Shown here: in pieces, positions 1 to 9,107 of the stretch | Numbering within the stretch: the first letter of the stretch is position 1 | Layout of the letters: each line of letters starts with the position of its first letter | NCBI GenBank assembly: GCA_003599815.1 | Contig: QZJZ01000105.1 | Location: forward strand, 7,174 to 71,173 | Length of the DNA: 64,000 bases | Source: Candidatus Auribacter fodinae | Lineage (GTDB): Bacteria > Auribacterota > Auribacteria > Auribacterales > Auribacteraceae | Direction: 5' to 3' | Translations under genes and position numbers: made by a program | The notes under the pieces: generated by a model | Seen by the model: the letters and a program-made list of their open reading frames with translations, nothing else | The model's database searches: none | What the model was told of the DNA's origin: nothing

Positions 1-122
1 TTCGGCAATGACTCATACGCGCCTGTCTCAGGATTAACGATCAAAAAATACGAGCATCGCCCGAAACGAGGGTCAACATTGTCCTGCAAACTTTTACCTT
101 CCGATGTAACACAAATTTTCAT
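1..122 (-). CDS. NifB/NifX-like (dinitrogenase FeMo-cofactor biosynthesis family) protein, 3' part outside window
   Basis: Manual translation from ATG at 122: MKICVTSEGKSLQDNVDPRFGRCSYFLIV. The 'RFGR.YF' motif is typical of the family; GGAGG RBS upstream. Confidence 0.85.
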   Translation of the reverse strand, partial: MKICVTSEGKSLQDNVDPRFGRCSYFLIVNPETGAYESLP

Positions 123-131
123 GATTCCTCC

Positions 132-497
132 TTAATGCGAATGCGATCCGTGGTTCCTGCACGCGCTCAGTCCTGACAGGCTGTTGCTGAGCAGATGGTT
201 AACCGCTTCCGACGCTTTGCCCTGATAACCGGACACGACTACGCCCGCGTTCGCGAACTTTTGTTGCGCGCCCATTCCCATACTGCCTGATATTACATGA
301 GTTACGCCATACATGAGCATACCGTCAACAGCCACACAGCCTCCACCGCCATGGACATTTTCGTTCCGCACAACCTGCGTATCTTTTATTTTTCCGTTTT
401 CCACATCGACCAGCAGGAAATAAGGACTCTGCCCGAAATGCAGAGATACCTGCCCTTCAAGCCCCTGCTGATCTTCCATCGTAATTCCGATTCGCAT
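132..497 (-). CDS. NifB/NifX-like family protein
   Basis: MRIGIT...VSLHFGQSPYFLLVD...HGGGGC...VISGSMGMGAQQKF; C-terminal ACRNHGSHSH. Confidence 0.85.
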   Translation of the reverse strand: MRIGITMEDQQGLEGQVSLHFGQSPYFLLVDVENGKIKDTQVVRNENVHGGGGCVAVDGMLMYGVTHVISGSMGMGAQQKFANAGVVVSGYQGKASEAVNHLLSNSLSGLSACRNHGSHSH

Positions 498-557
498 ATT
501 TTCTCTCCTTGTTTACTGCGCATCCCCTGCTTTTACACAGGGGATGCTATTATTGTT

Positions 558-863
558 TCAATTCTGTTTTTTATCCTGATTAAGACTATTAATCCGTTCA
601 CGCACAGCGGATAACTGCTCTTCCAGATATTCGGCCTGAGCGCTTAGCCCGGTGAGTTCATCCTTCGCGCTGAGCGGGATATCCCATGATCTCCAGCCGG
701 GTATACCTGTAAGGCGGGCTCTGTACCCGAAACCGAATCCCCGCGCGCCTCCGCCCGGGATACCGCGACGCATAGGACGTACGGGAACACCCGCGCAATA
801 TCCACGCCCGCCGCCGGTAAGAGCTCCGTAACCTGCAGGCCCTGTTCCATCAAATCCAGGCAT
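558..863 (-). CDS. DUF5320-like Gly/Arg-rich protein with C-terminal coiled coil
   Basis: MPGFDGTGPAGYG.LTGGGRGYC start and 'L..QAEYLEEQL..V.ERI..L' tail. Start moved to ATG 863, which follows AAGGAGG. Confidence 0.8.
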   Translation of the reverse strand: MPGFDGTGPAGYGALTGGGRGYCAGVPVRPMRRGIPGGGARGFGFGYRARLTGIPGWRSWDIPLSAKDELTGLSAQAEYLEEQLSAVRERINSLNQDKKQN

Positions 864-879
864 TGTAATCACCTCCTTA

Positions 880-931
880 ATTGATAATAAAAACCATTTT
901 CAGTTATGAGACAAAAAAATATATGCCTCTA
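880..931. repeat. ~52-bp direct repeat copy A, containing a Fur-type box
   Basis: attgataataaaaaccattttcagttatgagacaaaaaaatatatgcctcta; matches 2493-2545 with 2 substitutions and a 1-nt indel. Confidence 0.9.
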
Positions 932-1765
932 TTGCACTGCCTCTTCAGGAGCAAAATAATTCTCAATCGCATCAAGAATCGACTCCATCTGTTTTTTTAC
1001 CGTATCCGAGCACGAACTGTTGGCCACTGATTTTCCTGCGTCAGCGCCATCGACGATCTGCGGATCGAACCCAAGTTCGCCAAGAAACGGCACGTTCATA
1101 TCCAGCGACACATTTTTTCCGCCGCTTTTCTTAAATATATCTATCTGTTCCTTGCAGTGAGGACAGATCATCCCGCTCATGTTCTCTACTATACCGATGA
1201 CCGGAGTGTTCAGCTTTCTGGCAAAACTGATTGCCTTCCGGGCGTCAAGCGTCGCAACTTCCTGCGGTGTAGTCACTATTACACTGCCTGATATGCCCGG
1301 GATAAATTGCAGTATGCTTAACGGCTCATCGCCTGTGCCGGGAGGCAAATCGACAATCAGGTAATCCAGATCACCCCATTCAACATCCGACAGAAATTGT
1401 TCTATCACCTTTATTTTCAACGGGCCGCGCCATATAAGCGGAGTTTCGCACGAATCAATAAGCCCTGCCATGGATATCACTTTCAGGTTCGGCAGAGGTT
1501 CCAGCGGCATAATCTGGTTTTCCATAGCGAAAATCTTTTTTCCTTCAAGCCCAAGCATTTTAAATACGCTCGGCCCGTGCAGGTCAGCGTCCAGCAATCC
1601 GACTTTACAGTTTCGCATGGCAAACCCGACAGCGATATTCACCGACACCGTGCTTTTTCCCACACCGCCTTTATTGCTCATTACCGCTATGGTATGACGT
1701 ATTGATTTCATCCGTTCTTTAATCTGAGGACTGATAAAGTCTTCAGCATGATGACATTGATCCAT
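929..1765 (-). CDS. mrp: Mrp/NBP35 (ApbC) Fe-S cluster carrier ATPase
   Basis: KGGVGKST deviant Walker A, DADLHGPS, WRGP, DLPPGTGDE, ENMS..CPHC. Confidence 0.93.
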   Translation of the reverse strand: MDQCHHAEDFISPQIKERMKSIRHTIAVMSNKGGVGKSTVSVNIAVGFAMRNCKVGLLDADLHGPSVFKMLGLEGKKIFAMENQIMPLEPLPNLKVISMAGLIDSCETPLIWRGPLKIKVIEQFLSDVEWGDLDYLIVDLPPGTGDEPLSILQFIPGISGSVIVTTPQEVATLDARKAISFARKLNTPVIGIVENMSGMICPHCKEQIDIFKKSGGKNVSLDMNVPFLGELGFDPQIVDGADAGKSVANSSCSDTVKKQMESILDAIENYFAPEEAVQ

Positions 1766-1813
1766 ACTTTCCGCTCCTTGTATTGTGTGATCGGGCTTTT
1801 TTGTATTTCCAGT

Positions 1814-2479
1814 TCAGCTTCGCTTTTCAGCAACGTATATTTTCTGTAATTGCTCGTTATATTCCAGCACGTTAAATCCTTTATATTTCAGGTACGCCCC
1901 GACGATAGAAAAATCGTTTGATTTCTTTTCGTGAATTCTTCCCTCGCTTTCATGTATTATGTCAATAATAGCGAACCCCGCGGCATTAAAATCAGAGACA
2001 ATCAGCGTTTTATGCGTCACCCGCATCATCTCATCCAGCACCCTGAACGGTTTGTCAAAATGATGAAACGAGAATGTCGAGATGGACAGGTCAAATGCCC
2101 CGTCATCATAAGCGAGGCATTCCGCTGAAGACAGTATAAATTCAACCCGCTGTTCCACCTGCTCGTACGCGGCGTTCAGGTACGCCATATATAAATTCGC
2201 CTCGTCAATATCTATGGTGAGCACGTTGCCGAACCTCTTCGCGAGCGCGGCAGTCAGGTTTCCTTTGCCTGAACCGATCTCAATTATGCGGCCGGGCATG
2301 AAATCTATTTTTTCCACGGCTTCATCCGTTAGCAGAGCGCGGTCTACCCCGAATTTCAGGTAATATTCAAATCGCTCCGCCAGATTTCTATGGTTCTCAG
2401 CGATTTTATCCTGATTTTTCCGCCACACTTTTTTCATGTCGCAACATCCTGAATCTTTTTCACTTGCCATGCTTTTCAT
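1814..2479 (-). CDS. Class I SAM-dependent methyltransferase
   Basis: IIEIGSGKG motif I, 'AECLAYDDGAFDL', 'SFHHF...LDEMMRV'. Confidence 0.85.
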   Translation of the reverse strand: MKSMASEKDSGCCDMKKVWRKNQDKIAENHRNLAERFEYYLKFGVDRALLTDEAVEKIDFMPGRIIEIGSGKGNLTAALAKRFGNVLTIDIDEANLYMAYLNAAYEQVEQRVEFILSSAECLAYDDGAFDLSISTFSFHHFDKPFRVLDEMMRVTHKTLIVSDFNAAGFAIIDIIHESEGRIHEKKSNDFSIVGAYLKYKGFNVLEYNEQLQKIYVAEKRS

Positions 2480-2492
2480 TGAATCCTCTTTT

Positions 2493-2545
2493 ATTGATAA
2501 TGAAAACCATTTTCAGTTATGAGACAAAAAAAATATATTCCTCTA
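2493..2545. repeat. ~53-bp direct repeat copy B, containing a Fur-type box
   Basis: attgataatgaaaaccattttcagttatgagacaaaaaaaatatattcctcta; near-identical to 880-931. Confidence 0.9.
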
Positions 2546-3019
2546 GCGAGTGTCCCTGCAGTCTTCGCAGAGCCCGTAAAACTGTATCAGATGCGTATTT
2601 ATGGTAAAATTATATTTTTCCGACAATCCTTTCTCGGTTTTTCTGAGCAGTTCGAGTTCGTCGTCGATAAATTCTTTGTAGTCGATAATTTTTTTGCAGG
2701 CAGTGCACACGAGATGGTGATGATGGTTTTCGTCGTCAGTGCCTGAAGCGAGTTCGTATCGTGCTCTGCCGTCGCCGAAATCGAATTTGAATACCATTCC
2801 CATATCGTTGAGGATTTCCAGTGTGCGGTAGATGGTTGTGAGCCCGACAGCGGGGTTATTTTCGTGGACGCTAAGATAGATTTCTTCCGCGCTCATGTGT
2901 TTTTCTTCGGACAGCATGAGAGTGTTGAGCACTGCTTCTCTGGCGGCGGTGATGCGGTATCCGCATCCTCTGAATTTACCTTGCCACCAACCGTGACCCT
3001 GACATTTCCCGTATGGCAT
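2543..3019 (-). CDS. fur: Fur-family transcriptional repressor
   Basis: RIT..R..VL, HMSAEEIY, GLTTIYRTL, HHHHLVCTAC and C-terminal CEDC motifs. Confidence 0.93.
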   Translation of the reverse strand: MPYGKCQGHGWWQGKFRGCGYRITAAREAVLNTLMLSEEKHMSAEEIYLSVHENNPAVGLTTIYRTLEILNDMGMVFKFDFGDGRARYELASGTDDENHHHHLVCTACKKIIDYKEFIDDELELLRKTEKGLSEKYNFTINTHLIQFYGLCEDCRDTR

Positions 3020-3032
3020 CTCGTCTCCTTAA

Positions 3033-3081
3033 TGAAAATCATTTTCAATAATAATATAAGTTATAGATCGGCATGAGTCAA
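3033..3081 (-). promoter_or_regulatory. sigma70 promoter plus perfect 7-1-7 Fur-type box upstream of fur
   Basis: Minus strand TTGACT-N17-TATATT, followed by the palindrome TGAAAAT-N-ATTTTCA (3033-3047) just before the AAGGAG RBS. Confidence 0.75.
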
Positions 3082-3105
3082 TATTTTTTTACTGGTGAGG
3101 GATTA

Positions 3106-5865
3106 TTATTGAGAATATTCTTTAAGGAAAAGCTGAAATAAACTCTTTTGATCTCTGCTTAGTTTGTCGTATTCTTCTGAATTCTTTGTATAATCCGAAA
3201 TCATATTATAGAGTTCCTTGAGATTATCCGATATCCAGGGTTTTGCAGCAGAGAAAGTTCTATTATTCATATCGTTTTGAAGGCTATCAGAACAAGCGTG
3301 TAAAAATTTATAGCAGTGGTTTATATTCTTTTTGATGTAAGGGATTATTGTATCAAAAATATCGATTTTGTTTTGTTTGAACCAGAAGAGTACTTTCTTG
3401 AAAACTTCCAAATCAGTAAGACTCTCCAAATTGATTAAAGAAGCATTTTGATTCTCCTTAATGGCTTTTACCAACAACTCTTTCAAATCAGGATAAAATT
3501 GTTTTTCGAAAATCACTCGGATAAAAAGTATTTTTGCGAATAGATGCTCCATTTTATTAAAAACATTTTTGATATCCCCATCTTTCTTAAAATTCTCATG
3601 ACAATACAGAGATACCAATAGAGAAACAGCGTTTGTCCCAATAACCTCGTCATTGATATTCTCAGAAAGTAGCGAAATTACAGCTTTGAACATAAAAAAA
3701 AGTATATCGTGATTGATATCTCTATTATCAGAGACAAAACCCCTCAACAAATAGACCAATTTCGCCAACGGAATATCAGAAGTGCATATATTATTGTGCA
3801 CTTCTTTTTCAGTCATTTCAGTTGTTTTTAACCTAGTAAGGAAGGCTTTTATCTTGCTGTAACTGATATTTTCAGGACTCACGTGAAGGGAAAAATATTT
3901 ATCAAAGAAATCATAATGGCAAATTTTGTATTGACTCATCCATTCAACTCGTTTCGCTAGCAAATAACTCATTGCTCGATTATTTGCATATGCCACAACC
4001 GGAAACAAATATTCCAGAATTTTACTTAATCTGTCTTTTTCTATGGATAAAATATCTTTGTTGTGCTCTGCAATATTCTTATGAAAAATATCCTCTTTTC
4101 TTTTATCCGATCGATTACCTTGCGCTCTATTTGCCGCTTCCTCACTAGAGTATATGTACAAATCTCTATTTGACCAGATATCATCATAAACAGCATGAGA
4201 AATAAACCTGATTATTTCCAACAGCAAAAAATCATTCACATTAACTTCATCTTTAATCTGAGGTATATCAAAGGATACGGAGTTCAAATATCTTTTTACA
4301 TCCCGCAATGTATTGAAGTGCAAGATTGGAACATTTGCTTCAAACACTGCATACTCTTCTTCACCTATTTTTTCTGTTTCAAAAAGTAACTTAATACCTT
4401 TCTTCAAGTATTTATTAAGATAATATGCTTCTATTTTGGGCAATCGGTTAGGATGTTGAACAATTTTTCCCAGATAATCTCTATCACCAAGCTCTTTTAT
4501 GACTTTATCGTCGTCCAGCGCGACCAAGAACCTGGTATTGTCAAGTTTTGCATTTAAACGTATAAGTTTAAGTACGCTAAGTAATTCGTCTTTTTGCAAT
4601 CTGTCCAGATCATCAATGATGATTAATATTTTTTTCTCAGTTCGCCTTATATATTCATTAAGTTTACTTCTCAATTCTTCGAGATTTTCTTCACAACTTG
4701 ATTTTGCAAAACATTTGAGGTATTTATTCTCCCCTAAAATAGTATTTACATACTTATTTAATGTTTTGCTGAAATCCCTGAACAGAAAATTATAACACAC
4801 AGCGTTTTCAATCTGCTTATAAAAATTTTTCAATAACACTGTTTCATCTTCAAAATGCCATGGATCAAATTCTACCACCATATACTTAGACGACATTTTT
4901 TGTTTAGCCTGTTCTCTTTTCTCAGGGTCTTCTTCAGTTCCTCGAAATATCGACTTAAGAATCTCCAGAACAGAACTTTTCCCTTCACCCCATGACCCAT
5001 ATAAACCGATGACATGGGAATGGATATCTTTGATTTCGTCTATACGTTTTGCAAGTCCCTTAATGAAATCGATTCGCCCTAATTCATCTTGATCAAGGCG
5101 AGTTATCGGTTCATCGTTATAAATTTGTTTTCTTTCTTCTTCCTCATCTTTTCCAGCGTTTTGAGGAGTATTACTTTTTGGTTTTACAAAGAAAGCTCGT
5201 ATTACGATAATAAAGCCATAAATTACTGCAAAAATCATTATGCTTTTGAAATATAGATCAGATAACGAAAATCTCTGTAGCAAAGCGTTTAAACCCGACT
5301 TCGCAGGCCACAATACCCCTGCGCATATTAAAATTACATATAAAAATATAAATTCTTCAAAAACAAAGAGTGAGTTTTTAAGTTTAAGTGTATTGTGATA
5401 TTTCCTGAAAAAATCTATGAGTATGCTCCAAAAGCAAAACGCCAGAAAAGTCAAGACAACATAGATCAATACGATCAACAGTATATCCTGATACAAGAAA
5501 TCACTTATTTTAAATATTATTGATCTGAAATCGATATGTAGTTTATGTAAAAGATACTGAATTCCCAGAAAAGTTATCACTGCAAGTAACAGCGTATACC
5601 AATGTCGCTTCCAATTCCTCATCTTTCGTAACTTACCCTTATAAAGAATGAAATGAAGCAAAAAGAAAAATAAGGGGATATAGAAAAGACACTGAGGCAA
5701 ATCGACATAAATATCAATTAACACAAGAAAGACGGACAGTAAAAGAGCAACTGGTGTATAGAATGACCTTGAGAGTATTATCGTTACAATTTGTTTGATT
5801 AGCTCTTTCATCTTTTCTGCTGTAATGGTTTTATTGGAGATGCAGATCAGCTTACCCAATGACAT
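3106..5865 (-). CDS. KAP-family P-loop NTPase with N-terminal multi-pass membrane region
   Basis: DEPI...DELGR, Walker A GLYGSWGEGKSS, FDPW, Walker B IIIDDLDRL, YLGKIVQ, RDVKRYLN; about 6 hydrophobic segments in the first 230 aa; visibly AT-rich. Confidence 0.88.
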   Translation of the reverse strand: MSLGKLICISNKTITAEKMKELIKQIVTIILSRSFYTPVALLLSVFLVLIDIYVDLPQCLFYIPLFFFLLHFILYKGKLRKMRNWKRHWYTLLLAVITFLGIQYLLHKLHIDFRSIIFKISDFLYQDILLIVLIYVVLTFLAFCFWSILIDFFRKYHNTLKLKNSLFVFEEFIFLYVILICAGVLWPAKSGLNALLQRFSLSDLYFKSIMIFAVIYGFIIVIRAFFVKPKSNTPQNAGKDEEEERKQIYNDEPITRLDQDELGRIDFIKGLAKRIDEIKDIHSHVIGLYGSWGEGKSSVLEILKSIFRGTEEDPEKREQAKQKMSSKYMVVEFDPWHFEDETVLLKNFYKQIENAVCYNFLFRDFSKTLNKYVNTILGENKYLKCFAKSSCEENLEELRSKLNEYIRRTEKKILIIIDDLDRLQKDELLSVLKLIRLNAKLDNTRFLVALDDDKVIKELGDRDYLGKIVQHPNRLPKIEAYYLNKYLKKGIKLLFETEKIGEEEYAVFEANVPILHFNTLRDVKRYLNSVSFDIPQIKDEVNVNDFLLLEIIRFISHAVYDDIWSNRDLYIYSSEEAANRAQGNRSDKRKEDIFHKNIAEHNKDILSIEKDRLSKILEYLFPVVAYANNRAMSYLLAKRVEWMSQYKICHYDFFDKYFSLHVSPENISYSKIKAFLTRLKTTEMTEKEVHNNICTSDIPLAKLVYLLRGFVSDNRDINHDILFFMFKAVISLLSENINDEVIGTNAVSLLVSLYCHENFKKDGDIKNVFNKMEHLFAKILFIRVIFEKQFYPDLKELLVKAIKENQNASLINLESLTDLEVFKKVLFWFKQNKIDIFDTIIPYIKKNINHCYKFLHACSDSLQNDMNNRTFSAAKPWISDNLKELYNMISDYTKNSEEYDKLSRDQKSLFQLFLKEYSQ

Positions 5866-5932
5866 ATTACACCATACAGCATTACTGTATCAATCTATAT
5901 TCGAATAATAAAAAGGAATGAAAAATTAAGCC

Positions 5933-6943
5933 TTAACTCCTCATTCTTTTGCGGAGAGCTGTACCGAATAGTCCGGCACACAGCAAAAAGATCGACATCG
6001 GTTCAGGTACCGCAAACTGTGAAGCGTCGGTCAACAGAAACGCGTGGGTCTCACCATCAGGATTGATACCATACCCGATGATCTGACCGAAACTATTGAT
6101 ATCCCAGGCATCCTGTAAATACCATCCAGTTCCATTATCAACAAGGTCATTCAAGTCTTTCATTGTGGAATCTTCATATAGAAAAGCGGTCGAATTGTTT
6201 AACGCATTCCTGGAATACCCAACCAATAAACCATCGTCATTTATACCGCGCACTTCGGATTTAACATCATCGGCAAGAGTACCAATAAAATGAGCGGTTC
6301 CGTCATAATACATTGCAGTATAATCAGTTCCGTTGTTAGTCACTGCTCCGGCCATCACATTACTGTTGTTTATCGCCCTGAACCAAGCGGATGTCCCGCC
6401 AAGCGTACCTATATTGTGCTGAGAACCATCCCAGTAAGCTGCCTGCTCCCAGTTGTATCCTGCCATGACACCGGAATCATTAATTGCCCACGGACGCCCG
6501 TGACTAAAATAAGTTAAGTTTCCGTTATATCGATATGCCTGATCGCTTTCAGTATATCCCGCAATCTGACCCGACGTGTTAATCCCGCGTGTATAACCAT
6601 TTATTCCAGGATCATGATATGTACCGTCATAGTACAAACTTTTGACTGGTGAGGTCATTGAATTAAATATTACTACGCCGGAATTGTTTATACCTGTCGC
6701 TACGGTATCGGAATATCCTAGTCCAGCCCCGATGTTTATCATGGTTGTGCCATTCCATAAAAATGCCTGTCTCTCACCTGAGGAATTAGTGGATTCACCA
6801 ACAACATGCCCGGAATCGTTCATGGCGTAAGCTTTGCTATTCGTGCCTCCAAGAGTGCCGAGGTCGATTATGTGATAGGCGGCAGAGTATGCCGCGCAGG
6901 GAAAAAGAATGGATATTAACAGGAAAAAGATTATTTTGCGCAT
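5933..6943 (-). CDS. PEP-CTERM surface protein with HAF-type extracellular repeats
   Basis: Signal peptide; repeated DLGTLGG..S.A..IN..G.VVG...AFL units; VPEP + TM + basic tail. Confidence 0.9.
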   Translation of the reverse strand: MRKIIFFLLISILFPCAAYSAAYHIIDLGTLGGTNSKAYAMNDSGHVVGESTNSSGERQAFLWNGTTMINIGAGLGYSDTVATGINNSGVVIFNSMTSPVKSLYYDGTYHDPGINGYTRGINTSGQIAGYTESDQAYRYNGNLTYFSHGRPWAINDSGVMAGYNWEQAAYWDGSQHNIGTLGGTSAWFRAINNSNVMAGAVTNNGTDYTAMYYDGTAHFIGTLADDVKSEVRGINDDGLLVGYSRNALNNSTAFLYEDSTMKDLNDLVDNGTGWYLQDAWDINSFGQIIGYGINPDGETHAFLLTDASQFAVPEPMSIFLLCAGLFGTALRKRMRS

Positions 6944-7037
6944 TGTCTAATCCTTCTATATATAGAATTAAAAATATTATCAATTAATTATAACATATAT
7001 AGAAAGATATAGCAAATTTCAGACTTATTTTTCGCAC

Positions 7038-7073
7038 AAAAAAAGCGTGCCGAACCACACGGCACGGCACGCT
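7038..7073 (-). terminator. Intrinsic terminator after dpsL
   Basis: agcgtgccg...cggcacgct stem with an A-run on + (U-tract on minus). Confidence 0.75.
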
Positions 7074-7100
7074 GGAAACTATCGTACTAACACTTACTTT

Positions 7101-7580
7101 TTATGCCATATCAGCGAGCAAAGATTCCAGATCTTCCTCATGCTTGACTTCATCCTCAAGGATTTCCAACACCAGATGGTAGGTGATAGGATCTTTATCC
7201 TTCACGAAATCAAGGAGTTTGCTGTATGTGGCGATGGCGCATTGCTCGCCTTTGATATTTTGTTTGAGCAATGTTTTGGTGCATGGATCAGTCGGAGCGT
7301 CGTATCCGCACCCTGACTCTTTCAACAACGCTTCCGGTGTCAGAAGCGGAGTTCCGCCTAATGTAATCATGCGTTCAACAAGCTTCTGCGCATGTTCCAG
7401 TTCTTCATTAGCGTGCTCTTCCAGCTCTCCGGCGACAATTCCTCTCATCCTGCCGGAAGCGACTTTCGCGCCGACCCAATACTGGTAATACGCGAGCCAC
7501 TCGTCCGCGTACGCTTTGTTCAGCATATCCAGCAGTTTCGCAACATCTACTCCGACAATAGCCTTACCTTTTGTGCCCAT
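7101..7580 (-). CDS. Ferritin-like DPS-like (DPSL) protein
   Basis: MGTKG..IVG.DV..L...LNKAYADEWLAYYQYW, EELEHA, GEQCAI, EDEVKHE diiron ligands. Confidence 0.88.
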   Translation of the reverse strand: MGTKGKAIVGVDVAKLLDMLNKAYADEWLAYYQYWVGAKVASGRMRGIVAGELEEHANEELEHAQKLVERMITLGGTPLLTPEALLKESGCGYDAPTDPCTKTLLKQNIKGEQCAIATYSKLLDFVKDKDPITYHLVLEILEDEVKHEEDLESLLADMA

Positions 7581-7619
7581 AATATCGTTTTCCTTTCGTC
7601 ACAATAAGTCTTGGTCATA

Positions 7620-8312
7620 TTATTTCAATTTAAGCGGCTTAAAACAAATAAACCAGTCAAGGCACTTTATGCCTTCTTTCTGAGCGCCTTCAACTCGCGC
7701 TTTCGCGGTACCGCAACTACCCGGAGGCGGTACAATAACGTCATCGCCGGGCTGCCAGTCCGCCGGAGTGGCGACGTTATACGTATCCACTGTCTGCATG
7801 GAAATAAGTATCCGCTTAATTTCCTGAAAATTGCGTCCTGTTGACAACGGATAATACATAAGCGCCCTCACTTTAGCCTTAGGGTCAATAAAAAACACTG
7901 CTCTTACCGCGCTCACGTCACTTTCAGAAGGCTGAATCATCCCGAACTTTTTCGCCACATCCATTTTAAGGTCGGCAATCACGGGAAAGTTCACTTCAAT
8001 ATTCTTTAATCCTTTGTACTCGATCTTTTCCTTGATTGTCCGCAACCACGCGATATGGCTGTAATGGCTGTCTATGGAAAGCCCGATAAGTTTGCAATTT
8101 AATGCGTCAAATTCTTTTTCCATAGACGCGAACGTCATAAATTCCGTCGTGCAGACAGGCGTAAAATCAGCCGGATGACTGAACAGTATAACCCATTTCC
8201 CCTTATAATCTTCCGGGAACTTTATTTTCCCCTGGGTTGTATCTGCTTCAAATGACGGGGCAACATCGCCGATGACAGGCATATAGGTTTTTTCACAGTT
8301 ATTCTGTTCCAC
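7620..8312 (-). CDS. Peroxiredoxin (Prx6/archaeal-type AhpC)
   Basis: FSHPADFTPVCTTE peroxidatic motif, GRN..EI.R, TPADW, C-terminal CLDWFIC. GTG start at 8312 chosen from the G-rich RBS. Confidence 0.92.
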   Translation of the reverse strand: MEQNNCEKTYMPVIGDVAPSFEADTTQGKIKFPEDYKGKWVILFSHPADFTPVCTTEFMTFASMEKEFDALNCKLIGLSIDSHYSHIAWLRTIKEKIEYKGLKNIEVNFPVIADLKMDVAKKFGMIQPSESDVSAVRAVFFIDPKAKVRALMYYPLSTGRNFQEIKRILISMQTVDTYNVATPADWQPGDDVIVPPPGSCGTAKARVEGAQKEGIKCLDWFICFKPLKLK

Positions 8313-8455
8313 TTTTAATCCCCCCTTCGCATCAACCATTTTTCAACGTTGTCGTTTGACAGTAAAAATCGACCTTATTATTTCAACGACGTCCCCGCAT
8401 CAGAAACGATTATATGTGTCTACTGCGGAGAGTCATGCCTCCTTGCGAAAAATCA

Positions 8456-8773
8456 TCAGACCGCCGTTTCGTACCACTTGTCAAGCCACGCCGCGTTTTC
8501 ATCAAAAGGATTTGTCTGCATGGCGAATAAAAAGAAATACGGATAATGCTCTCTTGTATAATACATATAACTCAGCCACTGGTGAGTCAGATGGTTATAC
8601 GCGCGTTCAAGATCTTTTTTGGTATGGGATTTATCTTCCTGAGAAAGATTAACCAGATTCCGCGCGGCTAATTCTTCAGTCATATGAAATATGGACATCA
8701 GAGTTTCCGTAAATGTCTGATGTTCAAGCAAATTCTGGTTTTGGAGCAAATTAACCAAAAAACCTCGCCGCAA
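8456..8773 (-). pseudogene. Probable N-terminally truncated fragment of a conserved hypothetical protein
   Basis: FL..LL.N.NLLEH.TFT..L..IFH..EEL..R...W..YM...YPY.F..A..TNPFD resembles (from recollection) the C-terminal half of a conserved hypothetical family in anaerobes; TTG start without a clear in-frame N-terminus. Confidence 0.5.
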
Positions 8774-8873
8774 AGGATGACCTCTTCTTCATTTTTACTA
8801 TTTGAGCCGCTTCTATCCAATAAACAAAAAAATGTTATATTTCCGCATGCAGTATGTACCATGCAAAGGATAG

Positions 8874-8925
8874 TATTGAAAATGGTTTTCATTATCAATT
8901 TTATCTTTAGTGGGAGATTTGTCAA
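8874..8925 (-). promoter_or_regulatory. sigma70 promoter followed by Fur-type box, upstream of the fragment-prx-dpsL cluster
   Basis: Minus strand TTGACA-N16-TAAAAT, directly followed by TGATAATGAAAACCATTTTCAATA (same motif as at 881 and 2494). Confidence 0.75.
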
Positions 8926-9046
8926 TAATCATTTTTGGAGAATTATTCCAGGAGTGAACGCTGTATTTGAGAAGACTTCCGGTTCCGTTTTTCACAACTC
9001 AAACACATCGCAATAAAGATAAATATTTAACATATTGATACTAATG

Positions 9047-9081
9047 AAAAAAAACGTGCCGAATACGCAATCCGGCACGCT
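9047..9081 (-). terminator. Intrinsic terminator after the outer-membrane protein gene
   Basis: cgtgccg...cggcacg stem with an A8 run on +. Confidence 0.72.
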
Positions 9082-9107
9082 CTATGTTAACCTACTTTAA
9101 TTCAGGA

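Noticed and set aside
1-497. Nitrogen fixation genes (NifB/NifX-like domains)
   Set aside because: These small domains are widespread in non-diazotrophs next to Mrp and DUF5320; no nifHDK or nifEN in the window.
8684-9016. Short ORFs at 8684-9016, 8698-8925 and 8813-8995
   Set aside because: They run across a promoter and Fur-type box in AT-rich DNA and lack RBSs or motifs.
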